Assembly: GCA_038733315.1 (NCBI GenBank)
Contig: JAVYPJ010000002.1
Span: 96,001-160,000 of the forward strand
Origin: Candidatus Aenigmatarchaeota archaeon
GTDB taxonomy: Archaea > Aenigmatarchaeota > Aenigmatarchaeia > CG10238-14 > SpSt-28
Length of the DNA: 64,000 nt
Direction of reading: 5' to 3'
Shown: positions 10,035 through 19,923 of the stretch, one piece after another
Layout: each line of letters opens with the position of its first letter
How positions within the stretch are numbered: position 1 is the first letter of the stretch
The notes under the pieces: generated by a model
Databases searched by the model: none
What the model was told of the DNA's origin: nothing
The model's input: the letters and a program-made list of their open reading frames with translations, nothing else
Position numbers and translations under genes: made by a program

Positions 10035-10712
10035 TTATATTTTTTTCAAATATATGCTGATTTCACTAAAAGGTTCTCGTTGTTCTGTTCTAATTTTCTT
10101 TTGCATTTCTAAGTGTAAAACAGAGTAAAATTTAATGTATATTTCTTTCCAATCTCTATTCTCAAGAATTTCCCTAAATAAGACATTTTCTTTTTCTTTT
10201 ATCAAATTCAAAATTTTTTGAAATACATTTTCAACAATTTTTTCTATATCTATCTCCTCAAAATAACTTCTAATTTTTTCCTCATTTTCTTTTCTTTTCC
10301 TAAATCTCTTTTCTTTCTTCTCCTTTAATTCTAAGACTTTTCTTAGCGAGATGATTAATTCATCTAGAGTCACTTGAGAAATAGGTAATCTTTTAATTGG
10401 TGGGGATATTTCTAGGTTGCTAATATCTATTTGAGGTAAATCTAAAATCTCTCTAATTTTTTCTTGAACCTCCTGTTCTTTTGGAAATAATAAATCGACT
10501 TTCAATTTTAATAAAAATACTGCAATATATAAAACTTTTGCTGGAATTCTAAAGTCTAAATCTTTAGCAATATTAACATATTCTAAAAACTTATCACACA
10601 GTTTTATAAGGTCTATATCATAAGGATTTAAATTTTCAAACTCTATAATGTAATAAAGTAGTTTTTCCCAATCTCCTCTTTCTATTATCTCAAAAATACT
10701 AAGAGGCTGCAT
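10035..10712 (-). CDS. scpA: segregation/condensation protein A (kleisin)
   Basis: LNPYDIDLIKL, VTLDELIISLRK, FYSVLHL...QREPFSEI; overlaps the smc 3' end. Confidence 0.9.
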   Translation of the reverse strand: MQPLSIFEIIERGDWEKLLYYIIEFENLNPYDIDLIKLCDKFLEYVNIAKDLDFRIPAKVLYIAVFLLKLKVDLLFPKEQEVQEKIREILDLPQIDISNLEISPPIKRLPISQVTLDELIISLRKVLELKEKKEKRFRKRKENEEKIRSYFEEIDIEKIVENVFQKILNLIKEKENVLFREILENRDWKEIYIKFYSVLHLEMQKKIRTEQREPFSEISIYLKKI

Positions 10713-13152
10713 CGTTTACCTTTAAACTTAGAATTTTTGATTCTCCATCTTCTAAGGTAACTCCATATAAAGTATCTGCGTATTTTACAGTTATATCATT
10801 ATGAGTTATTATTATTATTTGGGTGTTTTTTGACAGTTCTTTCAAAAGATTTGCAATTTTTTCTGAATTAATTTTATCTAAGGCTGCATCTATTTCGTCC
10901 ATGGAATAAAAAACGCATGGTCTTATCATTTGCAACGACATTAAAAATAATATAGCTACTAATGTTTTTTCTCCTCCAGATAAACTATCTAAATCAACAT
11001 AACCTTTATCTGGAAACTTTACTTCTATTAATAATCCGCTATCTAAGTTATTAGCATCTTCTAATTCTATTTTAGCTTGTCCGCCTATAAGCTTATTAAA
11101 AAGATAATTAAACCTTTCTGAAACCATATTCATTGTTGAGAAAAACTTTTCCCTTCTTTTGTTCTCTATTTCACTTATAGTTGCAATAACCTTATCCTTT
11201 TCTGCTCTTACTTTATCGAACTTTTCTTTTAACGTTTCAAAATCAATCCTTATTTTTTCAAAATCTTCGATAGCTTTAAAGTTTATAGACCCTAACGATT
11301 TTATTTCAAAAGAAATTTTATCTTGCATTATTGTTAATTTTTCGACATCCTCATCTATAAAATCTTGTACATCTCTAAATTCTTCTAACTCGGTTAAATA
11401 TTTTTCTTTTTCAGCTTCAAGCCTGGCAATTTTTATTTTATTATTTGCTATTTTGTTCTGTAAATTCAGCTTTTCATCAAAAAGTTTTTTTCTTTCCCTT
11501 CTCAACTTTTCTAACTCCTTTTCATCTATTTCAATAGAAACGTCTATTTCTATAGGCTTAATTTTTCTTAGTTTGTTTTCAATTTCCCCTATTTCTAATT
11601 CTAAAACTTTATTCTCTTCTTCCAACTTTTTAATAATTTCTCTGTATTTCTCTATTTCTTTTTCTTTTCCAAAATCTGTAAAAACTTTTCTAACTACATA
11701 ACCACCGCTAACAACTCCACTTCTTTCAATTAAATCTCCATCTAAGGTCACCATTCTAATCTTTCCTATTCCAACTTTTTTCCCAACATCCAAATCTCTA
11801 ATCACTAGCGTATTTCCAAAAACAAATTCAAATGCAGCTTCAAATTTTTTATCAAAATTTATTAAATCGCTTGCTATTCCAATAACTCCATCTATTTCCA
11901 AAAATTTTTCTTCTAATCTTTTATAGCTTAGTTTGTCTAGTGGCAAAAAAGTGGCTCTTCCAATTCTCTCTTTTTTTAAATATTCTATACAATTTTTAGC
12001 GACATCAAAGTTTTCTACTACAATATCAAATAAATGGTTTGCTGCAGCAACTTCTATAGCCAATTGATATTCTTCTGGAACTTTCATTAGATTATATATA
12101 GTTCCATAAACTCCACTTAATCCTAAATTAAGAATCTCTTTTACGGCTATTGGCATATCTCTTTCAGACTTTATGCTTTCTAAGCTGTGAATTAAGTTTA
12201 ACAACCTTTCTATCTCTTTTTTATTATATTCATATTTAGCTTTCTTTATTTCCAATTCGACTTTTAAATTACTCTCTTCCTCTTTTTTAGCTATGTTTTT
12301 AAAATTTTTAAGTATTTTGTTTATTTCCTCCTCTTTTTTATTTATTTCTTCATCTATTTTTGAAATCTTTTCAGCCATTTCTTGAACAAATCTTTCCATC
12401 TCTTCTATCTGTTTTTTAATGTCGTTTATTTGTCTATCTATTTCTTCGCTTTTTTTAATGAGTAATGATTTTTTTACAACTTTCAATTCTTTTTCTAACT
12501 CTTTATACTTAAGAGCTATATTTCTTTGTTCTTCTAACTCTTTATATTTTTTATATTTTTCGGTTATAACTAATTCTAATTCTTTTAACCTTTGTTCTAT
12601 TTTTTCTAAGTCTTGCATAGCTTTTTCCTTTTTTTGATTATATTCATAAATACCAGAAAGTTGATCAATAATCTCTCTTCTTTCACTTTCACTCATTTCT
12701 ACTATTCTTGTAACGTCGCCCTGTAAAATAATGTTATAGCCATCGGGCCTTAAATTAGCAAAACTCAAAATTTCTAAAACTCTTTCTCTGGTTTCTGTTT
12801 TATCATTAATTTTATATATAGTATGGCCTTTTCTGTTAACTTTTCTAGTTATTATTACTTCGTCACTATCTATTGGAAATTTTCTATCGGTATTATCGAA
12901 AATAATTGAAACAGAAGCTACTTCAGCAGGTTTTTTATTTTCATTACCTCTAAATATAAGCTCACTTAATTTATCGGCTCTCATTTGTTTCGCTGAAATT
13001 TTTCCTAAGACGAAACATATAGCATCTATAATGTTAGATTTTCCACTTCCATTTGGACCTACTATAACGTTTAAACCATTAACAAACGGAATAACAGTTT
13101 TTCTGTTAAAACTCTTAAATCCTTGCAACACAATTTTTTTAATGTAAACCAT
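10699..13152 (-). CDS. smc: chromosome segregation protein SMC (short, 817 aa)
   Basis: GFKSF, GPNGSGKSN, LQGD, hinge (GRATFLPL, VTLDGD...SGG), LSGGEK, DEIDAALD. Confidence 0.95.
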   Translation of the reverse strand: MVYIKKIVLQGFKSFNRKTVIPFVNGLNVIVGPNGSGKSNIIDAICFVLGKISAKQMRADKLSELIFRGNENKKPAEVASVSIIFDNTDRKFPIDSDEVIITRKVNRKGHTIYKINDKTETRERVLEILSFANLRPDGYNIILQGDVTRIVEMSESERREIIDQLSGIYEYNQKKEKAMQDLEKIEQRLKELELVITEKYKKYKELEEQRNIALKYKELEKELKVVKKSLLIKKSEEIDRQINDIKKQIEEMERFVQEMAEKISKIDEEINKKEEEINKILKNFKNIAKKEEESNLKVELEIKKAKYEYNKKEIERLLNLIHSLESIKSERDMPIAVKEILNLGLSGVYGTIYNLMKVPEEYQLAIEVAAANHLFDIVVENFDVAKNCIEYLKKERIGRATFLPLDKLSYKRLEEKFLEIDGVIGIASDLINFDKKFEAAFEFVFGNTLVIRDLDVGKKVGIGKIRMVTLDGDLIERSGVVSGGYVVRKVFTDFGKEKEIEKYREIIKKLEEENKVLELEIGEIENKLRKIKPIEIDVSIEIDEKELEKLRRERKKLFDEKLNLQNKIANNKIKIARLEAEKEKYLTELEEFRDVQDFIDEDVEKLTIMQDKISFEIKSLGSINFKAIEDFEKIRIDFETLKEKFDKVRAEKDKVIATISEIENKRREKFFSTMNMVSERFNYLFNKLIGGQAKIELEDANNLDSGLLIEVKFPDKGYVDLDSLSGGEKTLVAILFLMSLQMIRPCVFYSMDEIDAALDKINSEKIANLLKELSKNTQIIIITHNDITVKYADTLYGVTLEDGESKILSLKVNDAAS

Positions 13153-13214
13153 AATTAATATACATTAAGGTTAAAAATTAAATAAAATTTAAAAAGCTAT
13201 TCTAAATTTTTAAA

Positions 13215-13700
13215 ATGAGAGAAAAAAACTGTGTAATACTAGCTTTTGAAAAACTTTTTAGTTTTTTGAATATTATAGAAGTAAACTTACCTGAGGTTTT
13301 GGAAAAAGAATTATATGAAAAAAGATTTATTAGCGAAAAGGAAGTTATAGATATAGTTAACAAGTTAAAAAACGTTTTGTCGCAATATAATTTATCTATT
13401 GATATTTATCGCCTATACAATGATAAGGAAATTATTTCTTATTTTTCAAAAAAAGAAATTGAAAAAGAAAAGAAACAACAAAAAGAAAGGGCATACGAAA
13501 TATTAAATGAAAACTTTGGCATTTTATTGTTAGATGGAGATGATAATGGTCATGCATACATCTTTTATAAGACAGAAAATATGAAACCTCACGAAATTAT
13601 TATTATTGATCCAAGAAAAGAAAAAGCTGAAAAGGTTGAAATCGAAAAGATTTATAAAAGAATAGATTACATTATCTTCTTAAGCAAAATTCTTAGTTAG
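13215..13700 (+). CDS. hypothetical protein, putative papain-fold (C39/Tox-PL-like) cysteine peptidase
   Basis: Ordered NCV ... GHA ... IIDP could form a Cys-His-Asp triad. Confidence 0.45.
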   Translation: MREKNCVILAFEKLFSFLNIIEVNLPEVLEKELYEKRFISEKEVIDIVNKLKNVLSQYNLSIDIYRLYNDKEIISYFSKKEIEKEKKQQKERAYEILNENFGILLLDGDDNGHAYIFYKTENMKPHEIIIIDPRKEKAEKVEIEKIYKRIDYIIFLSKILS

Positions 13701-14537
13701 CTTACAAAAGGCACAAATCTCTTGATTAGTAACTTCTTTACAAATCTTGCATTCTCTAAACTCTTCTTTAACTATTTTTTTATAATACTTTTTATTAAAA
13801 TTTACTAAACCCTTAAGAAAATTGATATTAAAATTTTTAAAATTTTTTTCGTTAAAATTCAAAAATTCAAAAATCTTTGAATCCTCGTTTTTAGCTAAGT
13901 AGCAGCAGTATTTTGGTGAATATGGACAGCTAATACTTGTTATTGGTATTTTTTTTATTTCACAATATTTTTTATTTTCATCTGGAATTGCAAATATGAG
14001 TGGTCTAATTTTTGTTAGTTGTTTTGGGTGTTCACTTTTTAGTTTTGGCAAAATTTTAAAATTCCAGTCAAAATTGCTATGGATAATATTTTTGTAGTAA
14101 TTTATAAGAAAATCAAATGCATGATGCCCTGTAGCAAGTTTTGTAGCTCCCAACTCTCTAGGAATTTTATTCATCAAATATCTTTTTACTAATCCGCATA
14201 TTGAACATATAGGTCTTTTAGTTATTTTAGAAATTTTTAAGATATCAAGATTAAATTCCTTCTTAACATCAGTAACAAAAAGTTCTACTTTAATAACATT
14301 CGCAATTTTTTCAACATCTTTTTGCAATTCGTAAGAATATCCAAAACCTAAATTAATATGGTATGCATATATTTCAGCACTAATATTTTTTTCTTCGATG
14401 TATTCTTTTAGCAAAGATAAAGCAGCGGAACTATCTTTTCCTCCACTTATAGCAACAAAAACTTTATCTTTTTCCTCTATTAACTTAAATTTTTCTATGG
14501 TTCTAAAAATTTTTCGCTTATAATCGTTAATTTCCAT
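13680..14537 (-). CDS. TtuA/Ncs6-family tRNA thiolation ATP pyrophosphatase
   Basis: AISGGKDS PP-loop, CSICG, ATGH, KIRPL, CPY, C-terminal CKIC..CAFC; N-terminal Zn finger absent. Confidence 0.85.
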   Translation of the reverse strand: MEINDYKRKIFRTIEKFKLIEEKDKVFVAISGGKDSSAALSLLKEYIEEKNISAEIYAYHINLGFGYSYELQKDVEKIANVIKVELFVTDVKKEFNLDILKISKITKRPICSICGLVKRYLMNKIPRELGATKLATGHHAFDFLINYYKNIIHSNFDWNFKILPKLKSEHPKQLTKIRPLIFAIPDENKKYCEIKKIPITSISCPYSPKYCCYLAKNEDSKIFEFLNFNEKNFKNFNINFLKGLVNFNKKYYKKIVKEEFRECKICKEVTNQEICAFCKLTKNFA

Positions 14538-14602
14538 AATTAAACTCTAAAAATTTGAAATTTCATTATCTTTAAATATATTTTTCATTTCGAAAAAATA
14601 GT

Positions 14603-15349
14603 ATGAAGGAAATTCCAATAACTTTTAAAGTTAATAACGAGCAAATAGTTGGCATTTTGCACTTATCAAAAGAAAATTCTCCAATAATAATTATTTGTCA
14701 TGGACTAGCCTCTAATAAACTAGGCCCATATTCTTTTTTTGTTAATGTAGCAAGGGAGCTTGCAAAAAACGGCTTTTCAGTTTTAAGATTTGATTTTAGA
14801 GGTTGTGGAGATTCCGAAGGTAATGAGCAAACAATAACATCTATGTTAGAAGATTTAGATGCTGCGATAAATTTTATAGAAGGTTTAAATGAAGTTGATG
14901 CAAAAAGATTATGCGTTATTGGCCATTCCTTAGGAGCTTATATATCTTTTTTAAAGGCAGTTTTTGATAAAAGAATAAAATACTTAGTTTCTTGGATGGG
15001 AAGAGTTTCTAGCGCAAAAGATTTCTTTAGTAAGGTTTTTTTTGAAGAACTAGAAAGAAAAAAATATTTTATAGGAAGAGGATTATTAATAACTAAAAAA
15101 ATGCTAGAAGAGGATTTAAAATATAATTTATTAGAGCTAGCGAAAAATATAGAGGCGAAAGCTTTATTGATATATGGCGAGCTAGACGATATGGTTCCGC
15201 CATCAGAGGGCTTAAAGCTAAAAGAAGTGTTAAAAGAAAAGGCGGAATTAACTATATTAAAAGATTTAGACCATTTTTTTAATAAGGGAGCCAATACAGA
15301 AGTAATTAAAATAACTATGGATTGGCTTAAGAAAAACCTTTCTAAATAA
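14603..15349 (+). CDS. alpha/beta hydrolase
   Basis: CHG, RFDFRGCGDSEG, GHSLG, GELD, DH. Confidence 0.92.
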   Translation: MKEIPITFKVNNEQIVGILHLSKENSPIIIICHGLASNKLGPYSFFVNVARELAKNGFSVLRFDFRGCGDSEGNEQTITSMLEDLDAAINFIEGLNEVDAKRLCVIGHSLGAYISFLKAVFDKRIKYLVSWMGRVSSAKDFFSKVFFEELERKKYFIGRGLLITKKMLEEDLKYNLLELAKNIEAKALLIYGELDDMVPPSEGLKLKEVLKEKAELTILKDLDHFFNKGANTEVIKITMDWLKKNLSK

Positions 15350-15350
15350 T

Positions 15351-15422
15351 GGGCCGGTAGCTCAGAGGAAGAGCGCCCGCCTTGCAAGCGGGAGGCCCGG
15401 GGTTCGAATCCCCGCCGGTCCA
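15351..15422 (+). tRNA. tRNA-Ala(TGC)
   Basis: GGGCCGG/CCGGTCC-A acceptor with G3:U70; CCCGC-CT TGC AA-GCGGG. Confidence 0.97.
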
Positions 15423-15495
15423 GATTTTAATTTTTAAGTTAGTAATATCCACTCTAAAACCTTAAGCTAAGCAAATAAATTAAAAAATTATCAGC

Positions 15496-15593
15496 TGGGC
15501 CCGCTGGGATTTGAACCCAGGACCTCCCGCTCTCTTAGATAATAGAGCGTCGCCATATAAGGCGGGCGCTCCACCAGACTAAGCTACGGGCCC
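15496..15593 (-). tRNA. tRNA-Ile(TAT) with 24-nt intron at 37/38 (15532..15555)
   Basis: Minus strand GGGCCCG...CCCGC-CT TAT A[TGGCGACGCTCTATTATCTAAGAG]A-GCGGG...CGGGCCC-A; CUUA pairs with intron UAAG. Confidence 0.9.
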
Positions 15594-15648
15594 ATGTTGT
15601 CTTATAATTAATGTTTATCCTTAAATTAATATTTTTTATAAATTTTAA

Positions 15649-16845
15649 ATGAAGATTGGTTTCATTTCTGATTTGCACTTGGGTTTTGGAAGAGAAAGCG
15701 AGATATTTAATGATATTTTTCAAATATCTGAAAAAATAATATTAGAGCTTTCTGAGAGTTGTGATGTAGTTTTTATTGTTGGAGACCTTTTTGATGAAAA
15801 AAATCCTAACAATGAAATAATATTAAAATTGATTCAAATCTTTAAAAAAGTTAGGAAAAGGGATAAAAAAATAAGATTTAAAATTAATGAAGAAAGTTTT
15901 GAAGAAAGTGCGCCTATATTTTTTGCAATTCATGGAAATCATGATAGAAAATTTAAAGATGAAACTTCTATATATAAAATTTTTGAGGAAATAGGAATAT
16001 TTCATTACATTTCCTTAGGAAAGATTTTAATAGAGAGTGATCAAAAAATCTGTATTTATGCAATGTCTAATGTTCCTGAAAGATATGCAAAAAATGTTCT
16101 TTTCGAAAAGCTTGCTCCCAAAATAGAAAAGGATTACTTTAATATTTTAGTGTTACATCAGAATATTTATCCCTATGTATATTCTATTGAAGATAGTAGC
16201 TTAAAGATAAGCGATTTACCAAAAAACTTCAATTTAATAGTTAATGGTCATATACATATAAGAAATGTTGAGAAAACTGGAAATACAACTCTTCTAATTC
16301 TCGGAAGTCCAGTAATAACTAAATTGCATGAAAGAGAAATAAATGAGAGAAGAGGCTATAACATTGTAGAAATATATGATAAAGAAAACTTTGATATAAT
16401 TTTTCAAGAAATAGAACTACCAAGAAAATATTATTTAATAGAAATTGATTCAGAAAAAATTAATTTAGAGGATTTAGAAAAAAATATTAGCGAAAAAATA
16501 AATAAAAACAAAGAAAAACCAGTAATAAAGATAAAATTGTTAGGAAAGGCAGAAATTGATGAGAAAGTAATAAAAAACATTTTGCAAAAATATGAAGATA
16601 AAGCAATTTTAAGGATAGAAAATCTAATAGAATCAGAAAGAGCATCTGAAATAATTAAAAATATTGAAATTATTAAAGAAAGAAAAAGCATAGATGAAAT
16701 CATTATTTCAACAATTTTAGAAAGGTTAAAACAAAAAAATTTTTCTAACTCTTTCGATTTTCAAAAACTAATAGAGCTCTTTGAAGATGGTGATGTAGAT
16801 ACTTTAATAGATATAATAACAAAAACGCAGAAAACTCTTATATAA
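15649..16845 (+). CDS. mre11: DNA double-strand break repair nuclease Mre11
   Basis: SDLHLG, GDLFD, HGNHD, LHQ, GHIH; directly upstream of rad50. Confidence 0.92.
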   Translation: MKIGFISDLHLGFGRESEIFNDIFQISEKIILELSESCDVVFIVGDLFDEKNPNNEIILKLIQIFKKVRKRDKKIRFKINEESFEESAPIFFAIHGNHDRKFKDETSIYKIFEEIGIFHYISLGKILIESDQKICIYAMSNVPERYAKNVLFEKLAPKIEKDYFNILVLHQNIYPYVYSIEDSSLKISDLPKNFNLIVNGHIHIRNVEKTGNTTLLILGSPVITKLHEREINERRGYNIVEIYDKENFDIIFQEIELPRKYYLIEIDSEKINLEDLEKNISEKINKNKEKPVIKIKLLGKAEIDEKVIKNILQKYEDKAILRIENLIESERASEIIKNIEIIKERKSIDEIIISTILERLKQKNFSNSFDFQKLIELFEDGDVDTLIDIITKTQKTLI

Positions 16846-16846
16846 A

Positions 16847-19195
16847 ATGATCGAAGAAATCTATTTAGAAAACTGGAAATCTCACGAAAAGTCTCATATA
16901 ATTTTTGATAAAATAAACTTAATAATCGGAAGAATGGGTAGCGGAAAAACCTCTATTACAGATGCGATTTCTTTTACTCTTTTTGGAACATTTTCAGATT
17001 TGGTTTCGAAGAAAATGAAATTAGAAGATGTTATAATGAAAAAACCAAGAGAAAAAAAAATTGCAAAAGTTATTTTAAAATGTAAAATTCTTGGAAAGAA
17101 TTTTGAAATTCATAGATATATAGAAAAAGATAAAGGTAGCTATGCTGAGATAAAAGATGAAAACAATAGAGTTATTCGCTCCGGAACTACTGATGTTAAC
17201 GAGTTTATTAAAAAAATGTTAAAAATGGATTATCAAACATTTATAAACGTTGCTTACTCCGAACAAAATAAAATAGAGTTTTTTTTGAATTTAGAGAGAG
17301 GTGAAAGAAAAGTAAGGTTTGATCAAATGATAGGTATAGAGAGATTGGAAAGGATTAGAAAAACATGTATAAGCTTAAAGAATAGATTAACAGACATTCA
17401 TAAAGAAAAAGAAAATCTTCTTTCTAAGCTAATTTTGGAAGATTTGGATAAAAATATAAAAGATATTCTGAACAAAATAAAAGAATTAGAAAATAAAAAT
17501 TTAGAATTAGAAAATGTAAGAATAAATACTATAGAAGAGATAGAAGATGTAAAAAAGAAATGTGAAGAGGGCAAAAAAGTAGAAAATGAAGTTAAAGAAA
17601 TAGAAAAGAAAATTATAAACATTTCTACAAAAATAGAAGAAAATAAAAAATTTCTAAACGATTTACAAAAAGAGATAGGTAGTATTAGCAAAGAGATTAT
17701 AGAGGAAGAAATTTTGGAAATAGATAAGAAAATACAGAGTTTAAAGAGCGAAATTTACGAGTTTGATAATATTACCAAAAAATTAAAAGAAGAAAAGGAA
17801 TCTTTATCTAAAAAATTATTAGAGCATAAGCAGCTAATGGAAAGGAAAGCTCAAATAGAAAAAAAGTTAAATGAGCTTTCAAACATAGAAAAAGATTTTG
17901 AAGAAGTTAATAATTTAATTGAAGAGGATAAAGTTAAGCTAAGAAATCTTGATTCTAAATTAATTGGTTTAAGGCTTGAGCTAGAGAAAGAAAAAAAATT
18001 AGTTGAAATACTTAGCGAAAAATTTAGCTTATGTCCTATTTGTGAAAGTGAAATAGGAGATGAAAAAAGGGAAAGAATTTTAAAAAAACATAAAGAGATT
18101 ATTAGCGAATGTATAAAAAACATAGAGGCTATAGAGGATGAAATAGAAACGATAGAAAAAAATATAGAAATAAATGAAAAAAAGAAAGAAAATTTATCAA
18201 AACTATTTTTTAGCAAAAAATCTTTAGAAGAGGAATTAAAAAGTATTAGCGATTTAAAAGAAGAAATAATAGAAGAATTTAGTAAAAAGATTGCTGAGCT
18301 AGAAAATGAAATAAAAAAAAGAGAAGAAATTATTAATCTTAAGAGAGAAGAGATTATAGCCTTAGAATACTCTAAGAAAGATAAAATTAGTAAAAAAGAT
18401 AAACTCAATAAAAAATTTTTGTTAGAAAAAGAAATTGAAACTCTTTCAGAAGATTTAAAAAAATTGAATGATAGGCTTAGTTACTTAACTTCTAATGAGA
18501 ACTACAAAAAATTAAAAGAGCATGAAAACGAATTAAAAAGGTTAGAAATATATTTAGAGAAGATAAATTCTGAAATACAAAATAATAAAAAAATGATAGA
18601 TTTGTTAGCTGAAAGAAAAAGAGAAATAGAAAAAAGAATTGAAATTAGAGAAAAGATGAAAAAAGAGAAAGAATATTTAGAAAGGGTTATAAACGATTTA
18701 AGCATTTTGGAGATTTGTGTTAAAGAAACTCAGCTAATAGTTAGAAGTAGTCTAATAGACGCGATAAACTACTATTTATCTATGTATTGGAGAAAGATAT
18801 ATCCTTACCAAGATTATATAGATGCAAGATTTATAGCTACAGAGGACGATTATATATTACAAGTAAAAGATTCCTTAGGAAGATGGGTAGAGCTAGATAA
18901 AGTAGCATCTGGTGGAGAAAGAACATTAGCTGCGATTTGTTTAAGAATAGCATTTTCAAAAGTTTTAAATCCAATATTGAATATTATTATATTTGACGAG
19001 CCTACTCATAACTTAGATGAAGAGGCTATAATAAAATTTGCAAAAATTATTAATGAGAGTTTTGCAGAGATTTTTAATCAAGTATTTATAATAACACATG
19101 ATGAAAGATTCAAAAGCTTAGTAAGTGGTAACATAATAAAAGTAGAAAGAAATAAAATAGATGATTTGCCTTCAAAAGTAATTTTTGAAGAATGA
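16847..19195 (+). CDS. rad50: DNA double-strand break repair ATPase Rad50
   Basis: GRMGSGKTS, coiled coils, CPIC zinc hook, SGGER, FDEPTHNLD, ITHD. Confidence 0.93.
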   Translation: MIEEIYLENWKSHEKSHIIFDKINLIIGRMGSGKTSITDAISFTLFGTFSDLVSKKMKLEDVIMKKPREKKIAKVILKCKILGKNFEIHRYIEKDKGSYAEIKDENNRVIRSGTTDVNEFIKKMLKMDYQTFINVAYSEQNKIEFFLNLERGERKVRFDQMIGIERLERIRKTCISLKNRLTDIHKEKENLLSKLILEDLDKNIKDILNKIKELENKNLELENVRINTIEEIEDVKKKCEEGKKVENEVKEIEKKIINISTKIEENKKFLNDLQKEIGSISKEIIEEEILEIDKKIQSLKSEIYEFDNITKKLKEEKESLSKKLLEHKQLMERKAQIEKKLNELSNIEKDFEEVNNLIEEDKVKLRNLDSKLIGLRLELEKEKKLVEILSEKFSLCPICESEIGDEKRERILKKHKEIISECIKNIEAIEDEIETIEKNIEINEKKKENLSKLFFSKKSLEEELKSISDLKEEIIEEFSKKIAELENEIKKREEIINLKREEIIALEYSKKDKISKKDKLNKKFLLEKEIETLSEDLKKLNDRLSYLTSNENYKKLKEHENELKRLEIYLEKINSEIQNNKKMIDLLAERKREIEKRIEIREKMKKEKEYLERVINDLSILEICVKETQLIVRSSLIDAINYYLSMYWRKIYPYQDYIDARFIATEDDYILQVKDSLGRWVELDKVASGGERTLAAICLRIAFSKVLNPILNIIIFDEPTHNLDEEAIIKFAKIINESFAEIFNQVFIITHDERFKSLVSGNIIKVERNKIDDLPSKVIFEE

Positions 19196-19881
19196 GATTT
19201 GTAAAAAACTTTGCTTGCGTTTTTTTAAAAGATATTTCTTCTATAGTGATAGGGGATTTGCATATAGGTTTTGAAATAGAATTGATAAAACAAGGTATAA
19301 ACGTAGCTCTAATGGATAAAATAATTACCGATTTAGAAGTTTGTAAGAAAAAAACTAAAGCTAAAAACATTATTCTTCTAGGGGATGTAAAGCATTCCAT
19401 AGGGTTTCCTAAGAGTAGGCTTGAAATAAAAAATCTAATAAAATTTTTTGATTTTTTAAAGGATAGTTTTGAAAAAATATATGTAGTTAAGGGAAATCAT
19501 GATGGTAGGCTAGAAGAAATTATAAAAGACGAAAGAATAAAAATATATTCTTCTCGCGGATTCTTTTTATCTAAATATGGCTTTTTCCATGGAAATTCGT
19601 ATCCAATTAAAAATGTTATAAGCTCTAGAATATTATTCTGCTCTCATGTGCATTCAAAATATTTTTTGCCAAAGGATAAAAGAATTTTTGAAGTAAGAGT
19701 TTATTTAATCTTTAAAGTAAAGAAAGAGATTAATAGAAGTGGAAAAATTGTAGTTATACCACCATTTTCTTCAATAATTTCAGGTAAAGATGTAGAGGAG
19801 TGTATAAACGAAAGTATAATAAGCAATATTGTAGAGAATAGCTCTATTGAAATATTAACAATTGATGGAATAAAAATTTAA
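19192..19881 (+). CDS. metallophosphoesterase (MJ0037-like)
   Basis: GDLHIG, LGDVKH, GNHD, HG, HVH. Confidence 0.85.
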   Translation: MRFVKNFACVFLKDISSIVIGDLHIGFEIELIKQGINVALMDKIITDLEVCKKKTKAKNIILLGDVKHSIGFPKSRLEIKNLIKFFDFLKDSFEKIYVVKGNHDGRLEEIIKDERIKIYSSRGFFLSKYGFFHGNSYPIKNVISSRILFCSHVHSKYFLPKDKRIFEVRVYLIFKVKKEINRSGKIVVIPPFSSIISGKDVEECINESIISNIVENSSIEILTIDGIKI

Positions 19882-19923
19882 ATATATTTTAAATTCATAC
19901 GAATAATATTTTTATAATAAACC

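Noticed and set aside
14938..15723. Minus-strand ORFs 14938..15387 and 15535..15723
   Set aside because: They overlap tRNA-Ala, tRNA-Ile and real CDSs and show no protein motifs.
11159..18705. Long F/S/L/I-rich antisense ORFs inside smc, mre11 and rad50 (also ths, nrdJ, alaS, EF-2)
   Set aside because: Expected reverse-complement artefacts of E/K-rich coding strands.
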